A stretch of DNA of 64,000 nt, taken from contig OZ037767.1 of the NCBI GenBank assembly GCA_964035545.1, positions 30,892,628-30,956,627 of the forward strand. Direction: 5' to 3'. Source of the DNA: Bugula neritina. Taxonomy: Eukaryota; Animalia; Bryozoa. The notes under the pieces are model-generated. The model saw nothing but the letters and a program-made list of their open reading frames with translations, searched no databases and had not been told where the DNA came from. Positions 25,201 to 38,800 of the stretch are shown here, piece after piece (position 1 is the stretch's first letter; each line of letters begins with the position of its first letter). The translations under genes were made by a program, and so were the position numbers.

Positions 25201-28200
25201 GGAATTTGCAGCTTGCACTCAGTCTGTAGAGCAATATTACTTCTAATTAATTTGATAAACAGCTGAATGATTAACACAGGCGTAGTCTTTGTAGTCCGTC
25301 CAGACAGCCTGTGGAATACAAACAGTGAACAACAGCATCAACTTAGCTAAAGTTCCTAAATGTCAAGCAGATATTTTGTTAGCATATCTCTAACAAAGCT
25401 TTGAACACCACCAGTTGGGCTAAGAAATTTGGGCTATCACTATAAATACCACTGACTGGACGTAAATGGTTTTAGCACTAAAGTATTTTGTGTTTTATAA
25501 TGCAGAGTGGGCTGAATATAGTATCGAAATAACACCCGCTGATATTTGGTGTGATGTTTTGTTTACAAAGATGTGGCAGGTTGAGTTGTGCAAGGATGCA
25601 CCTCTATCTCTTAATATAACACAATTGTTATGGATACATGTGTTGGTTTTCCATCACAGATTTTTGTTTTGCCTCAATTTTAGTTCTGAATAAACTGGAA
25701 TCTTTTTATAAACGCAGCATTCTAACTACAAGGTCATAGCTTAATGTAATTAATTTACCCACCAAACCAAGCAATGCTGCAAGCCAGCACTAAAAAGCAT
25801 TTGAAAAGAAGTACTTAAAAGGTTATACCAATTCACCACCCCAAGTAAATAAATTAGGTGCAAAGAGAAATTAATGTCAGCAGACTAGCTTTTTATTTTA
25901 TAAGAACTTTGGTTTGGGGGCGTGCATAAACCTTCCTAGAACATAACTGCTTTAGCTACATTTTTCATTTAAACCGCAGGCTTTTCCTATCTTCTCCATT
26001 GCTGCACTTGACTTAGAAATTTAATCGTTTTGTTATTTTGCAGTCAATAGATCAATAGATAATAATGACTAGCGCTTAACCTTATATAGGACACTTCAGC
26101 CTGTTTTCGAGTTGGTGCTTGTAACACCCAAAAGATTGCAGGAATGAGCCCCTACAGGCTAGCATCTTGCAGAAACTAGTGACCTACATGATAAGAAAAC
26201 AATATCTATACACTGTTATGCATGTACGCCATTCGTCAGATACTTAAGATATACAAATGTGTATTTGATGAGCCAATGCAGCATGCAATGTAGTGTAATA
26301 TATACAATAACATAGCATACATGCATACAAAGTACAAGAATGATGCATGCAATGCATGTAATATATATTAAAACTGCAACAAAAAACAAAAAAACAGCCA
26401 ATATTATGCGCATCACAAATCTACCATAACATGTACTTGATGCTAGAATAATGACTCAGCAGGCAAAATAGAAACTCAAACAAGGGAAAAGGGCATAAGT
26501 TTATTTTACCAGTTTTAATCTCTTAAATGAGCTGTAGCTATAATATGATATCAAAAACTTACTATTTAATAGAAATAGTGTTGCAGCGTCACAAGTGTAC
26601 ACTTTCAGAATCTGCTGTGCTACATGAACGAGGAAGGAGTAGACATCCCTGATGTTTTTCGACGGCCAGGTAACGCAGCCGAGCAGAAAAAACTGATAAA
26701 GAAGCTAACAGAAGGAAAGCCTGTGAAGTTTGAAGAATATAACTTCTACACTTTAGCCTCTGTTATTAAGGTTTGTAGGCTCTAAGATGTTGGAGTTATA
26801 CTAGAAGATTTTTTTTGAAATAGTTTAATCAGCTGTAGGCAGTTGGACTTTAATTTTTAAGATGAGCTCCAAAAACTACTTGCTGTGTATTATTAGCTTA
26901 AACTTCCAACTAAAATGTCTTTATGCTGCCTAAAAGTCACAATTATAAGAAGTAAGAGATGGTAAAGAAGTTACATAAATGTAAAAATAATTTACACCAA
27001 GTAAAAAGTTATATTTTGGCCTTGCATATAATATATTCTGCCACTTTGCAGCGATTTCTCTTATGCATTCCTGGGGGCATCCTTGGTCAGGAACTGGAAG
27101 CCCAAGCCTTGACGGTTCTCTACTTAGAAAATCTAACACAGCAGCTCAAAACATTAAATCAGTAAGTTTTTATATTATATACATTTACACAAAATATATT
27201 TCCAAAAGAATTATAATATGTTTGTGTCTTTACTTAAAGTCTGTAATTATTATAGACTGGGTTTTTAAGCTTCAACTGAAGCTCCCCTTTGTAAACAAAT
27301 TGTTACAGAAAATGGTGTTTCTTCACCTTACTCTGCTCCATTCTCACTTTATTATGCTCCTTATTGTGACCCCATTCACCACTGACACCCAATTTTACTG
27401 CAAGTGTATTCTTGTAAGAAATTAATGTTTTAGCTATAAATTTTGTTTCAGTCTCCAATAATGTAGATGAGAATATCTGAAAAACTGAAAAGTTTAGTTT
27501 TTGGAAATATGTTGCTTTCAACAGCTTTTTGCTGAGAAGTACTGCATACTGACAAAAATAGAGAGTAATTGCAGTAAAAGCCATGTTACTAGCAAAACTG
27601 TAGCACATAGCATACCTAATTATGTGCATTAGCAGAAAATATTTTATACAGAGGTAGTTTCTTTTTCATTTTCATTTGAGTTATATTTTTAATAAGAACA
27701 GAAATTGTTTTCTAATTTATGATATGAGAATGAAAACTTGAACAAAGTTTTAAATTGTTTGAATAAATTATCAGTTTTCAAAACCACTTCCTCTGTGTTT
27801 TAGTATTGTGACCCGCCTCTCGCAGTCTGTACAACATCTACTAGCTCTCCTATTTGGCTTGTGGTACAGAATAGCACAGAGAGAGCATATCCACCAGATG
27901 TCAGCAGAAGCCATGGCTAAGAGTGTCACCGGCAGCATATTTGTGTAAGTGTTTCTGGCAGCATCATACAGCACTACCTTACTTACTCTCACCTAAGTTA
28001 CTTACACTTAACGTACTTACAGTCAGTAACTCAAGGCCTAAACAATACGAACGTAAACAGGTTTAGCTGAAATACCAGCAAATTATGTAATTAAGATAGG
28101 GACTTTTCAAAGTTGGGAGTAAAAAGATTAGAAGACGTATTAATATTAGCATTTGATGCAATGCAGATGCTGCTTAGCAAAACTCAATTTTTTGTTTATA

Positions 28201-31200
28201 TTTTCTTTTAAAGGTGTAATAAATAGCAATTTTAAAGCTTAAGAGTTCATAGTTTACGTTTCAATTAGCATTAGGATATTAGCATTCAACCAGCGGCCCT
28301 ATATTAGCAGATTAGACATTTTCTTCATATGCCAATTATGTATCTATCATACCTTTTAAGTGAAGAGAAATGGGGGCAGTTCGTGGCTAATGAGCTCTAT
28401 TTCGGGCCTTCATTACCCAGTTTGAGTCATGCATAAGCATATTATATATGTATTCATTCTTCTAGCCACATCCTATGAATTCATTATACTCTCATAGAAT
28501 ATTATTCACTGTTTAATTAGCGGAGAAACTCATGAAAACATGTTTATATCTTCATTACTATCTGCCAAATAAAGATGACTACATAAGATATGAATCAGGG
28601 CCTATGACATGCATACATAAATTCCAATTATATAACAAAAGAAATCATTACCCTTCTGCAATAAAATACAGATAAATGAAATAAATACTGATATTTGAGG
28701 AAATAGAAGCCAGTCTAGTAACATTTACAAAACCATCTGATAGAACCTTTCAAATATTAACTGCAGATTTATGCAGTTACACTTTTATTGTAGTTAGATG
28801 GTGTATTTCATAATATATTATTTCTTAAACTAATACATTGCATTATCAAATATTTAATGTTTTCAAAAATGCAGAGTTTAGAAGGTTTCATTTATTAATT
28901 TATTTTACAATAATCTCCACTTCTCCTTTAAGCTGTATTGAAATTCATTATACATCAGTGATCAGGACCCAAATGCACATCGTTGTTGTTGTATATAACA
29001 CTATTACATGACATCACATCAGAATATGATGACCTCATCAGCTACTGTCTTGCTTTATACAGAAACACAACAAGTGACCCCAGGTTGGTGAAAAATGCCG
29101 CTAAAGTCATGGAGTTGATAATAGAAAACTTTACATCTCCCCTGCTCTTTGGGGAGGAAAACCTCCAATACTTCTGTAAGATAACTTCACTATCTGATCT
29201 CTATGATGATGTGTGCTATAGCAAAGCTAACGTCAATCACTCCTCTATCCAGGGTATGTTTATAACAAGTTTATTACACACGTGTGTATTTAGTGTCTAC
29301 TAAGTATATACACAGCGCAGCTTGGGTGTTAGTAATACATCATACAGTCAAATCTTATATATCTTAGACATCTTATGTATATTATATATATGTATGTTTT
29401 ATATGATATTTATATAATATATAATATATGTATTTGGTTCGTATAATCACTCAACCAGCAATATCAGCTAGTCATACCTGATAAAAGCAACAATTTAAAA
29501 ATTGTCTGCATAATGCAATTAGTTAAAATATGGTTGTTGCTGCAAGCAAATTAACTTATTCTTACAAAATGACATGTAATCTTATTGTTAGTTAAATTAA
29601 ATCCAGACTCTCAATATGGCAACTTTTTAATGACTCACATTTATTGGCTTTTGAGTTTGTTGGTTAGCCTCAGAATAAAATTTACGTATAGCCTGTGATT
29701 TTAAGATTTACTTCACACAATCTGTGATTTTAGGGTCAACATCTCTGCCTTCCTCAAACGCTATTAGTTTACAGAAATCTGCCGAAAGAATGATAAGTTT
29801 GGCTACTTTTGATGACATAAGAATGAGGCAGCTAGACAGGTTGAAGCAGGTGGGTGTTACATGGCATTGTAGTACGACCTTGACCTAAGGCCATGTGAGT
29901 TGAGTGTCGGATAAGCAGTTTAGCTTTAAACGTTGCAACAAGCTTATAGCAAAAAGCGTATAGCTTGCAACATTGTTTGCTTTTTAGGTTTTAGCAGTTT
30001 AAAATTTCTGTTTTATGACGTAAATTGAATTAAAATATTCAATGAATGTACTTTCAGTTTGAGGAAGTAATATTTTTATAATTAATTTGCATAAGAATTT
30101 TACTACAGTTTAACTTCACATTAGGCTATACGTGATCATACACAGTGATGATATATCTAAAGCAGTGCAACATAAGGTAGTGGTGGATCATTTTTCATGC
30201 TTTCCTACCAGAGGGTAAGGGGCGAGGAAGGAAAAGGGGTTTAGACGGATGTTTTTAATAAATATCCTGTTGCAATTAAGTTTGTTCTTGATAAACTTGA
30301 GTATAAGTAAACCACATTACACAGCCATACTAGAAAGATAATGTTGGTCACTAAAAATTCTGCTTTTAAAATTTTATTCTATTTATTATTTAGAGCCCAT
30401 ATAACAACTTTTGTTTAAATTTTTGTCTAGACATGCACCAATGATGCCGCTGCTGCTTCTGGTTTACACATAAAAAAAACAAATTTTGTGTCTGCTGGTA
30501 AAATTTCATCAAGCAACAGATAAATGTTGATTTTATGACTCATTATTGACTCTGGCTTTGTAGCCTGTGCACTTTACTGAAATAAGTTGTCTCTAATGTT
30601 CATCGCTACTACCAGGGCCTGGGTGTAAACAATGGCTGCACTTGTTTTCAACTTTTTATTATTTATGTATTTGTTTATTTATTTATTTATTACGTGTATG
30701 CCTAAATATATATAATTGTAGTTAGCAAGTTGGTAATATAGCATCTAGCTATGCGTTGAATACAAACTGGAAATACCATTCAAGATCTTATAAATGATAG
30801 CATAGCAACACATTTCCAGTTACCACAACTTGATATTAGGCCTTGATTATTTTTTCGGCTTGTTATTGAGAAGAAGCTTTGCCAGAGTTTTAGAGAGTCA
30901 AGGCTGAATAAAAGATAATAATATTTATGAGTCATCCAAGGCTATAAATAACTACCACATGCAGTATAAGGAACAGGTGAAAAAATCGTTGTATTATTGT
31001 AATTAGGCCTAGGAAAGTTTTATGTTGTAGTGCTGTTTAACTCTAACATTACTGATGGAAATGTTTGCATCTGAAACATTGCTGCGAGTAGCAAAAGGGT
31101 AATGCGACGGTTTCGCAACATCAATAAATAAATAGGCTGAGAGTGGAGTAATGAGGAGATAAATTTCCTGACTTTTAGAGTTGAAAGTGCTAGAACAATA

Positions 31201-31823
31201 AAACAACAATTACCATGATGTTAACACAATGACCAGCTGTAGAACTGTATTCTATGAGAAGCGTGTAATTAGAAGACTTGTGAAGCACATAGTTGAGGGG
31301 GAGGTGGTGCTTAGTAGTACATCATTAATATAGTAATTAATAACTAATGGGATAATTACAATGTAGCTATAGCTAGTTGCAGGTGATAAGGAGAATAAAT
31401 ATCTTAATCCTGATTGGTTGACGGAGCTTGCATATAATTATTTACCAATGATGTCTAGTAATTATAAAGTGAAAAAAAATTTGCTTGTAATAATGATTTT
31501 CAATTCGAATGTAAATGTAATGTGAATCTGATTTGTGAAAACCCAGACTGTACATTACACTGTACTTTACACTGTATGTTATACACTACACGTTATGCCG
31601 TACATAATGCTGATGTTTTATCTTTTAGAGGTCTGAATGGTTCCTCTCGAGTCACAGGTCTGCAGGCAGCTCTCCCAGAGGTGTCAAACATCGGAATCTG
31701 ACGAGAGGATATATTTCTAGGAAGACGATAGAGGTGATACCTTGTCACCAGTTGAGTAATGAAACCGACAGCAGTGAAACAAGTAGCAGCAGCAGCAGTG
31801 ATATAGGGGAAGACAACACTTGA
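22281..31823 (+). CDS. Rho GTPase-activating protein (single RhoGAP domain, possibly ARHGAP20/TAGAP-like), 8 exons, about 383 aa
   Basis: Exons 22281-22453, 24683-24746, 26609-26770, 27052-27161, 27804-27944, 29063-29253, 29734-29849, 31629-31823 (1152 nt, phases consistent). Motifs FGEPL...IPQPL; arginine finger DVFRRPG; TLASVIKRFLLCIP; QMSAEAMAKSV; VMELIIENF. Start uncertain: the frame stays open to an acceptor at 22251. Confidence 0.82.
22495..22806. repeat. 16-bp minisatellite (actgtatgatgtacac), about 19 copies
   Basis: Tandem units just downstream of the RhoGAP exon-1 donor. Confidence 0.92.
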
Positions 31824-32854
31824 AGTCATGTTACATATCACCATGACTTTGTAAAATACTAGTTTGCAAGTATAATAATGCAACTTGACAGTATTTCAGT
31901 TTTATTCATTGCAATGCACCTTGTGAATTATTACTCATTAATTAGTGTATTTATATTGGAATTCCAATCATTCATGCTGATTAATTCAGCCAGTAATCTT
32001 GCTGAACTATTAATAGAAATATCAACTATAGAATCATGAAATAATTATTTATATTATCAATAAGTGTGTGGCAGTACTCAAATTAGCACATATAAACACT
32101 TGAATAGTATAAATTTAGATGTTGTATATAATACAGTACTCACTATTTATTTTATATATAATTATATCAGTAATACCCTTGTTTAACACTCTACATTATT
32201 GACTGCATTATGTTATTATATTCATACTCTCGCTGTATTCTAAAGTTATCATGGTTTTAAAAGCATATTTTATTTATCACAGTGTGTATATGTATACTAT
32301 AATTATCTTTGAATAAACTTTATAAAATAAATAGGCTGGGTTTTGCTTGCATGGCTGAGCTGAAATGGTAAGTGATGCTATCGTGAGTGCAGGGTTACCT
32401 TGTTACCTCACAAGTCATTATAGTGATTTACGTGCCTAGGAACTAGTGTATCAGTATAGCACTATAACTGTTCGGGGTACCGTATGTATTACTAGTTACT
32501 AGGGACGCAATACATTGAAATTCAATGAAATTACTTCCAACAAAAGGATTGTACAAAATAAAATAAAAAAGGAGTCAATGGCTGAACACAAACTGAGGAA
32601 TAAGAAAGCACTTTACAAAATGTTTGAAAATCATGTTGAAATAAAATAAAAATATTATACATTTTTAACATGAGATTAATGCATTGCACATAAATTTCAT
32701 AACTTATGATTTGGTTAAAACAAATCATAAATATATTCATTTTCTTGTAGGCAGAACATTGAGCTAGTTTATTGATAAGGACTGTAAGAGATAAGAGTGC
32801 ACCATGCAGTAAGATTCTAGTGTAAAATCAAAGTGATAAAACCATAGCCTTAGG

Positions 32855-35800
32855 TTATAGAAGTTTGTACAAGTTGGGCTCTAGTTTCTGTCTTAAGATG
32901 CCAGTTAGTAAGAATTCTTTACTAACAACTTGGAACCCAGTCTTGACAAGTCTTTTGTAGACTTTAGTGTCTTCCTCACATGATATAATGTAGAGGTCAG
33001 ATGAAGAGCTCTTTGGTGCTGAAGCACAGAATCTCCCCCCAGCTGCAGTCACAATATCTACAAGATAAAAGAGATGTAGAGATCAAATGAAATGTAACAC
33101 ATTCCATTTGAGAAAAGTTTAGACAAGTTGGTAGGTAGTGCTCTAGTCAAGCATTTATCAGAGGCTTTAAACTTCCAATGAAAAGCTAAAACCAACCACT
33201 GAGAAGGAAGAAGTCACCAAACAGCTTCAATACCCAGAGGTCTTTGAGTCTTTGTAGTTTGGTTTGGGAATTTCTCCCACAGATACAAAACTCTAGCAGC
33301 CAGTAACACATGAGTACACAGCAAGGCAACGAGACGTACCTTTGATTTCAGACGGAGGAGGCTTTGTCTGTCTGGTGGCATGGATACGAAGTCCAGAAAA
33401 CAGTCCGCCATTTTCTTGAGCAGATTTTAAGGAATTCCTTAAATTATATTTGTATAATTTTTCCGATTTCTCATCACGCAGCAAAAACTGTTCTATATCT
33501 AAAAAAGATATATGGGCAACATGTCTTTAGGGCTAGAATAAATATGGGCAACATGTCTTTAGGGCTAGAATAAATATGGGCAACATGTCTACAGGGTTAG
33601 AATAAATATGGGCAACAGTCCATAGGGCCAGAATAAATGTGGGCAACATGTCCTTAGGGCCAGAATAAATATGGGCAAAATTAGCCGATAATGACCAATT
33701 AAGAAATGCACAATTGCAGTGAACTTGCGAACTTTTTCAATTAGGCAAAAAATCTTAATAAAGTACTTATTCTATAGAAACCACGTAGGCCAGCATTGAA
33801 AGGTGAAGCAACTCCCTAAAAGTTTAAATATTCAGAGTCAGAATTTTAAGGAGACGTTAGTATTAGCACCTTCAACCCTCGACAATAGATCTCAAAGTGA
33901 TAGAACAACTCCAAAATGTGCAGGTGGTGCATGACAAACTAATAAATCATAAATGTTGTATTATATTCCCAGTAGCTGTATCCATATGTTAGATGCGACA
34001 CTTCTGACACAAGAAGAAACATTCCGGAACCCACCGAGAGACTTGCCGGCTTTCTGAGACTGCAAGAGCCACCGGCTGGTGACTATGTGAACGCCCTTGC
34101 TGAGGGCACACAGGAACTTGATGGTGCGTTTAGCTTCGTCGGCGATCAGATGCGTGCACTTAGAGATGTCCTTGACATGACTGTAGCCCAAGTATTTCGC
34201 AGCCTGCAACACAGCAACACTTTACAGTGATAGTCACATGTATCTAGTCACATGTATATAGTTGCATATTTTACTGAACACATAAGTTCTACAATAAAAC
34301 AGTAGTTACATAAAACATGAACAAATTGTAAGCCTGAACTAAGAAATAAGGTTGAAACACATATCGGAATTATCTCCCCTTCTCTAGCTGGGCTACAAAC
34401 AAGCTCACCTTCTCCAACTGGGCCGTATCAGAGATTCCTGTGAACATAACCCTTATCAAGGTAGGTGCCTTCTGTGCAGATCTCAGTCTAAGTTGTGAGG
34501 TTACGCCTTCATTAACAGACGACTCTACAACCAGGCAAAGATTTCTATAGTTTACAGAAGGTGAGAGAGCACAACTACTAAAAGTAAAAGCTTCACTTTC
34601 ACATATACAGATAATGAGTAATAGGGGAGTAGTCTCCACTTGCTAGAAGATGTCTGACATAGCAGCAGAGAGCTTGAGATCTACTTTAGTCAGTACAACA
34701 TGATGTGTGTCAGTGTATACATTCCTAGATGCAGGAGAGGAAGAGTAAAATGATATTAAGAGGGTAAAGTTATGGACAATGCTTTGTCTTTATATTCTAA
34801 CAGAGTACAATACACTGTGCTGGTTAGAACACAATACACTGTGCTGGTTAGAACACAATACACTGTGCTGGTTAGAACACAATACACTGTGCTGGTTAGA
34901 ACACAATACACTGTGCTGGTTAGAACACATGTTTGGTGACCTCCAGACAATAGCAGACACAATGTGTATAAACACTACTCTGTTAGGAGACATAAATCAG
35001 ACTAAATAATCTCTACCTGTGGACTGGCGAAATGATTGAGAATTCTGGTTTTCTGATTGGCCGGTTCTAGCTGGGGTGCTGACGGCTGAACTCTCTGCAC
35101 TGGTGGAAGGAAGTGAGGCGTCGACAGCGTGATTTAATGCTGTTGACATATCAGTTTGCTTCTTTCTACGAGTTCTATTAGTTGAGCCGCTGCCAGTGGA
35201 CGGAGTTGTGGATCCACTGCTGATCTGCCTTGTCCCTGCTGCTGACTTTCCACGACCCTTCTTAGTGTGAGCAAGAAAAGGGCTGTTCCTGTCATCAGAA
35301 GTGTTAGAATTATCTGCTCCTGGCTCTTTGATTGCACCAGCAACTTGACCTCTACTCTCAGTCTGTTTAGAGCTGCTGGTCTTCTGTTTAATGTTGCTCT
35401 GATGTGATTTGACAGCATTACGGCCTTTTCTTGCAGACGTCGAGTTTGATTTCTGCTCAGGATCGGCAGGCGTCTGTTCTGCTGCCGATGCTGTTGCTGG
35501 ACTAGAGGTGCTGGATAGCAGCTGGTTTGTTGACCTTGTCCTTAAACTCCGCTCTTGGACTGCCATTACAGCCGAAGGAGCGGCAGCAGCAGCTTTGTTA
35601 TTCTGTCTCCGGGTTACCCGAGGATTCCCAGAAGGTGTCTCTGTAACAGCCCCAGAGTTGTCTGCCCCACAGGACCTGTCAGCGGAAGTCTTATCTGCAG
35701 AGGATGTGGAAGTTGTATGACTCTGTGAGACAGACTCCTGTAAGCACCCGGATGTGACAGTTTCACCATTTGTTTCCTGCTGGGAGTTGCCAACAGGCAC

Positions 35801-38800
35801 CTCAGGTTCTCTCTTGTGAGACTTCCCTCTTGCTGACTTTCTCGTCTGTAAGGGATGGCTGCCCACACCACTCTTTGTTTTAGTTCTAGAAGACCTACCC
35901 GCACCACTGGCTAGCTGTTCGTCTGTCGTCATGGAGCAGACAGCAGATGGTTGTGCTGCTGATTGCTCATTGGTTACAACTCCAGCAGCACTCAACAGTG
36001 CATTATGGGAAGTTCCGGAATGATTAGCAGACAACTCCAGAACTGATGAAACGTCACTGTTTGTTCTTTCTGCTAACTGAGCTCCACGATGACTTGAGTT
36101 GAGTGTCTCTTCAGGTGACTCTACACTTTCAGTCATCTGTCGGCTGTGGTCAGAAGATCCTCTACTCCTAGTCAAACTGTCACTCTTACCTCTTTCCTGA
36201 TTCTTTTCTTTCTTCTCTTCACCTTTCTCACGAAAGCGCACTGGCTGTTGTTTGTGTCTAGCAGGACGACTGGAAGATGGTGGGTCTTTCTTTAACCTTG
36301 AACTTCTGCTGTTATTTAAACTTTTCGAGTCAGTTTCAGCCAATGAAGATTGGTCAGGAGTTTTACTGTCTTGTCTCGGAGCAGACATACTGCTAGAAAT
36401 GTCTGCAGTGCAGAAGTTGTCTCCTTCCTCTTTCTCAGAGTTCTCTGACTCACCAACAGATGCAGACGTGACATCTGTAGGTGTGAACTTAGCACCGAGA
36501 CTCTTCTGTGGAGGAGTGGAAACTTTACTTCCCTTCAAAGCAGGAGACTCGCGACTTTTCTCTGACTGTGACAACTCATTCTGGCTACGAGACGAGAGAA
36601 CAGGGTGCTTAGTTTCAGGAGCTGTGACGCTGTGCACCGACAACCCAGCTGTGCCAGGAGTTGGCGGAGTAATACCAGAATTGACAATAGACAGTCCCAA
36701 GTGTTGGGTGTTTGAGAGAACCTCTTTCTGAGGTGATACTTCCTCTCTAGTCAGCTTATCAATACACTGGTTGATGTTTTCCTTAAGAGAGTCGTTCAGT
36801 ATGCTAGATTCAACAGAAGTATTCATAACGGGCTGAGTCTCCGCCTCCAACAGCTCATTTCCTGTGAGTAATTACAAGAATTCAGTAATAAGACAACTCT
36901 ACTTACAATAAGCAGTATAATATAATAACCAACCCCAACATATCAAAGCATTACCAATTATACTTACAGAAAAACAGAATGCCAAACAGCAAAATTGTAT
37001 TTCAAAAGTTTATTTATAATGAAAAACTGTTTGCTAAGCAAAAAGATGCTTTCAAATCCATATTTATATGGAAATATATTACTACTAGCAGCAATTTGAA
37101 TTCTGATTAGAAAAACCCGAAGAGCACAAATTGCCGACATAAAATAAAATCTGATATCCACCAACCTGGGTTGACCTGAGAGCTCGTGTAGCAGACGGCT
37201 TGCGTCTGCATACAGAACATCTCGTCTGATTGGCTAACATCTGCCATGTCGCCTGCAAAAAATGTGAAGTTATAATTAAGTAAATCCCAATTTCAACTTT
37301 AAATCAAATTAAATATTAAATGAAATACTGCAATGGGGTTTGGGGTTAGAAAAAAGGGAACAGATAAAAAGTTGCATAGTTCTATTGTATATATGCTTTC
37401 AGTTTTGACGCACGCAAACACATATATATCAAACTAAATTAACCAGCAAGTTGACAGATAAAATCACCACAACATCAGTTTCTATACAATACTGTACAAA
37501 CCTGCCACATCACTGGTGTGATGGAAGACAGAAACAACTTGTGTTTCTTTAGAGAACATGTCTATAGATGAGTCTATCACCTTCGTCACATCTGGTAGGC
37601 AAAAGGTAAGTAAATAAATAATACATTATAAACAATGATATAATCTAAACAATAAAATAATCTAAACTCTAAAGAGTAAATTATTAATATAATATAGATA
37701 ATGATATATTATAAACAATAATATACTATAATTGAAAACACTATAAAGAATAATACAATATATAAATAACAATATATTATAGGAAATTATAATATAATTT
37801 CCTATAATATATTGTTATAATAAATTATTCTATCTTTAATTAAAATTAATCATAATAGTATGGCTAGCATTACATCAATGAATGAAATACCAATCATGTA
37901 TCAAGATGTGAATTAAGAGTAACGCCAACATGTCAACATATTCTTTGTAAGAAGAGTACTATAAATATCCTCAGCTAGAGTCAGCTAGAGGTAGCAGTTA
38001 CTCACCGTGTTCTTCATCAGACTCCGGCACTGTGACCACAGCCTGCGTCTGCATCATGTCTATCTCTGGTGACCCAATAAACTCTGCACCAATAGAACAC
38101 ACTATCTCAAAATATACACCAATAAAAACACTGTCTCAAAATATACACCAATAAAAACACTGTCTCAAAATATGCACCAATAGCAAGCAATGTCACACAA
38201 CTACACAGCCAGTCAGTTTCTCAGTAACACATAATTTTCAGATTCTCAAAAGAAAAAGGAGTCAGACAGGAGAGTAATTCTCAGATAGAAATTGTATCAA
38301 ACTGAAAAGTCAATAAACAGAATCACAACTCACAAGATTATATACCAAACACAGAATAAAAAGTAACACAACATACCGGGACTATCAGCTTCGTCTAGAC
38401 TATCATCTACAATGGTCTGCTGAGACAGCTGGTTATGGGGGGCGTGGCCAAGCTGGTTCTGGGAGGTGTGGCCATTGCAAGCTATGAATAACATAATAAT
38501 AAATAATTACAACAAATAAAAATACATTAAATAATATAAAATATAGATGCACTATGTAATTTCTGATGTTTAAGTGATATAATAGAAAAACATGCCAACA
38601 TTTGTTTGAAAATACTTTACCTTCAATTTGATTGGTCGCTATTGTATCTTGGCAGAGTTACCAACTAAATATAAGTTGAAGATACAGTCTATGCAAAACT
38701 TGCTTTCTAGGGTAACAAAAGTTGGTGAAATAATACAGTAAATGTATTTAATAAATAGCAAGTTGATCCAGGAAGAAATATTATTGGCCTGCAGTTACTA

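Noticed and set aside
32855-34524. PAXIP1/PTIP as the identity of the BRCT gene
   Set aside because: The C-terminal BRCT pair is similar, but no additional BRCT pairs or Q-rich region were found, and the TQ-motif disordered region fits MDC1 better. Not formally excluded.
35134-36731. Antisense and alternate-frame ORFs over the large MDC1 exon
   Set aside because: Shadows of a long, GC-richer coding exon, with no independent motifs.
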